DNA of 28,793 nt from an uncultured archaeon (GTDB lineage Archaea; Asgardarchaeota; Lokiarchaeia; Sigyniarchaeales; SOKP01). The stretch spans positions 1-28,793 of the forward strand of contig CAYUTF010000036.1 of assembly GCA_964447495.1 (NCBI GenBank). Reading direction: 5' to 3'. A program made the translations under genes and the position numbers. The first letter of the stretch is position 1; each line of letters begins with the position of its first letter. Positions 28,770-28,793 of this stretch are shown one piece after another. The notes below the pieces were generated by a model, which saw only the letters and a program-made list of their open reading frames with translations, did no database searches and was not told the origin of the DNA.

Positions 28770-28793
28770 CATGTGTGTTTACAACTTAAACAA

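Overview
Very AT-rich archaeal chromosomal segment, most likely Asgard archaea (Lokiarchaeia-like). The assignment is inferred from two Rab-like small GTPases, a Roadblock-domain protein, a tail-less archaeal histone and archaeal-type information genes. Much of the window is conserved core: pus10-rpl21e-rpoF-DUF655-ksgA-hemK2, rpoA1-rpoA2-rpl30e-nusA-rps12-rps7, rpl44e-rps27e and pyrB. Accessory genes include an MFS transporter, cold-shock protein, solo NurA, CPBP protease, aldo/keto reductase, GH127 and a DMT transporter. Five observations stand out. (1) A 649-aa fusion of wHTH + ATP-cone + class III ribonucleotide-reductase-like barrel lacks the C-terminal Zn/glycyl-radical module and apparently the catalytic Cys, so it is a candidate nucleotide-sensing pseudo-enzyme regulator. 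(2) A nucleoside-deoxyribosyltransferase/TIR-like gene and a decayed B-box gene are bracketed by 91-bp direct repeats next to rps27e. (3) A nucleoside/nucleotide kinase ends in a PIP-box-like motif. (4) A Roadblock protein carries a long acidic tail with W-acidic motifs. (5) RpoA' has an extra C-terminal mini-domain. No tRNA, rRNA, CRISPR array or transposase was recognised. All family calls come from motif recognition by eye; no database searches were run.
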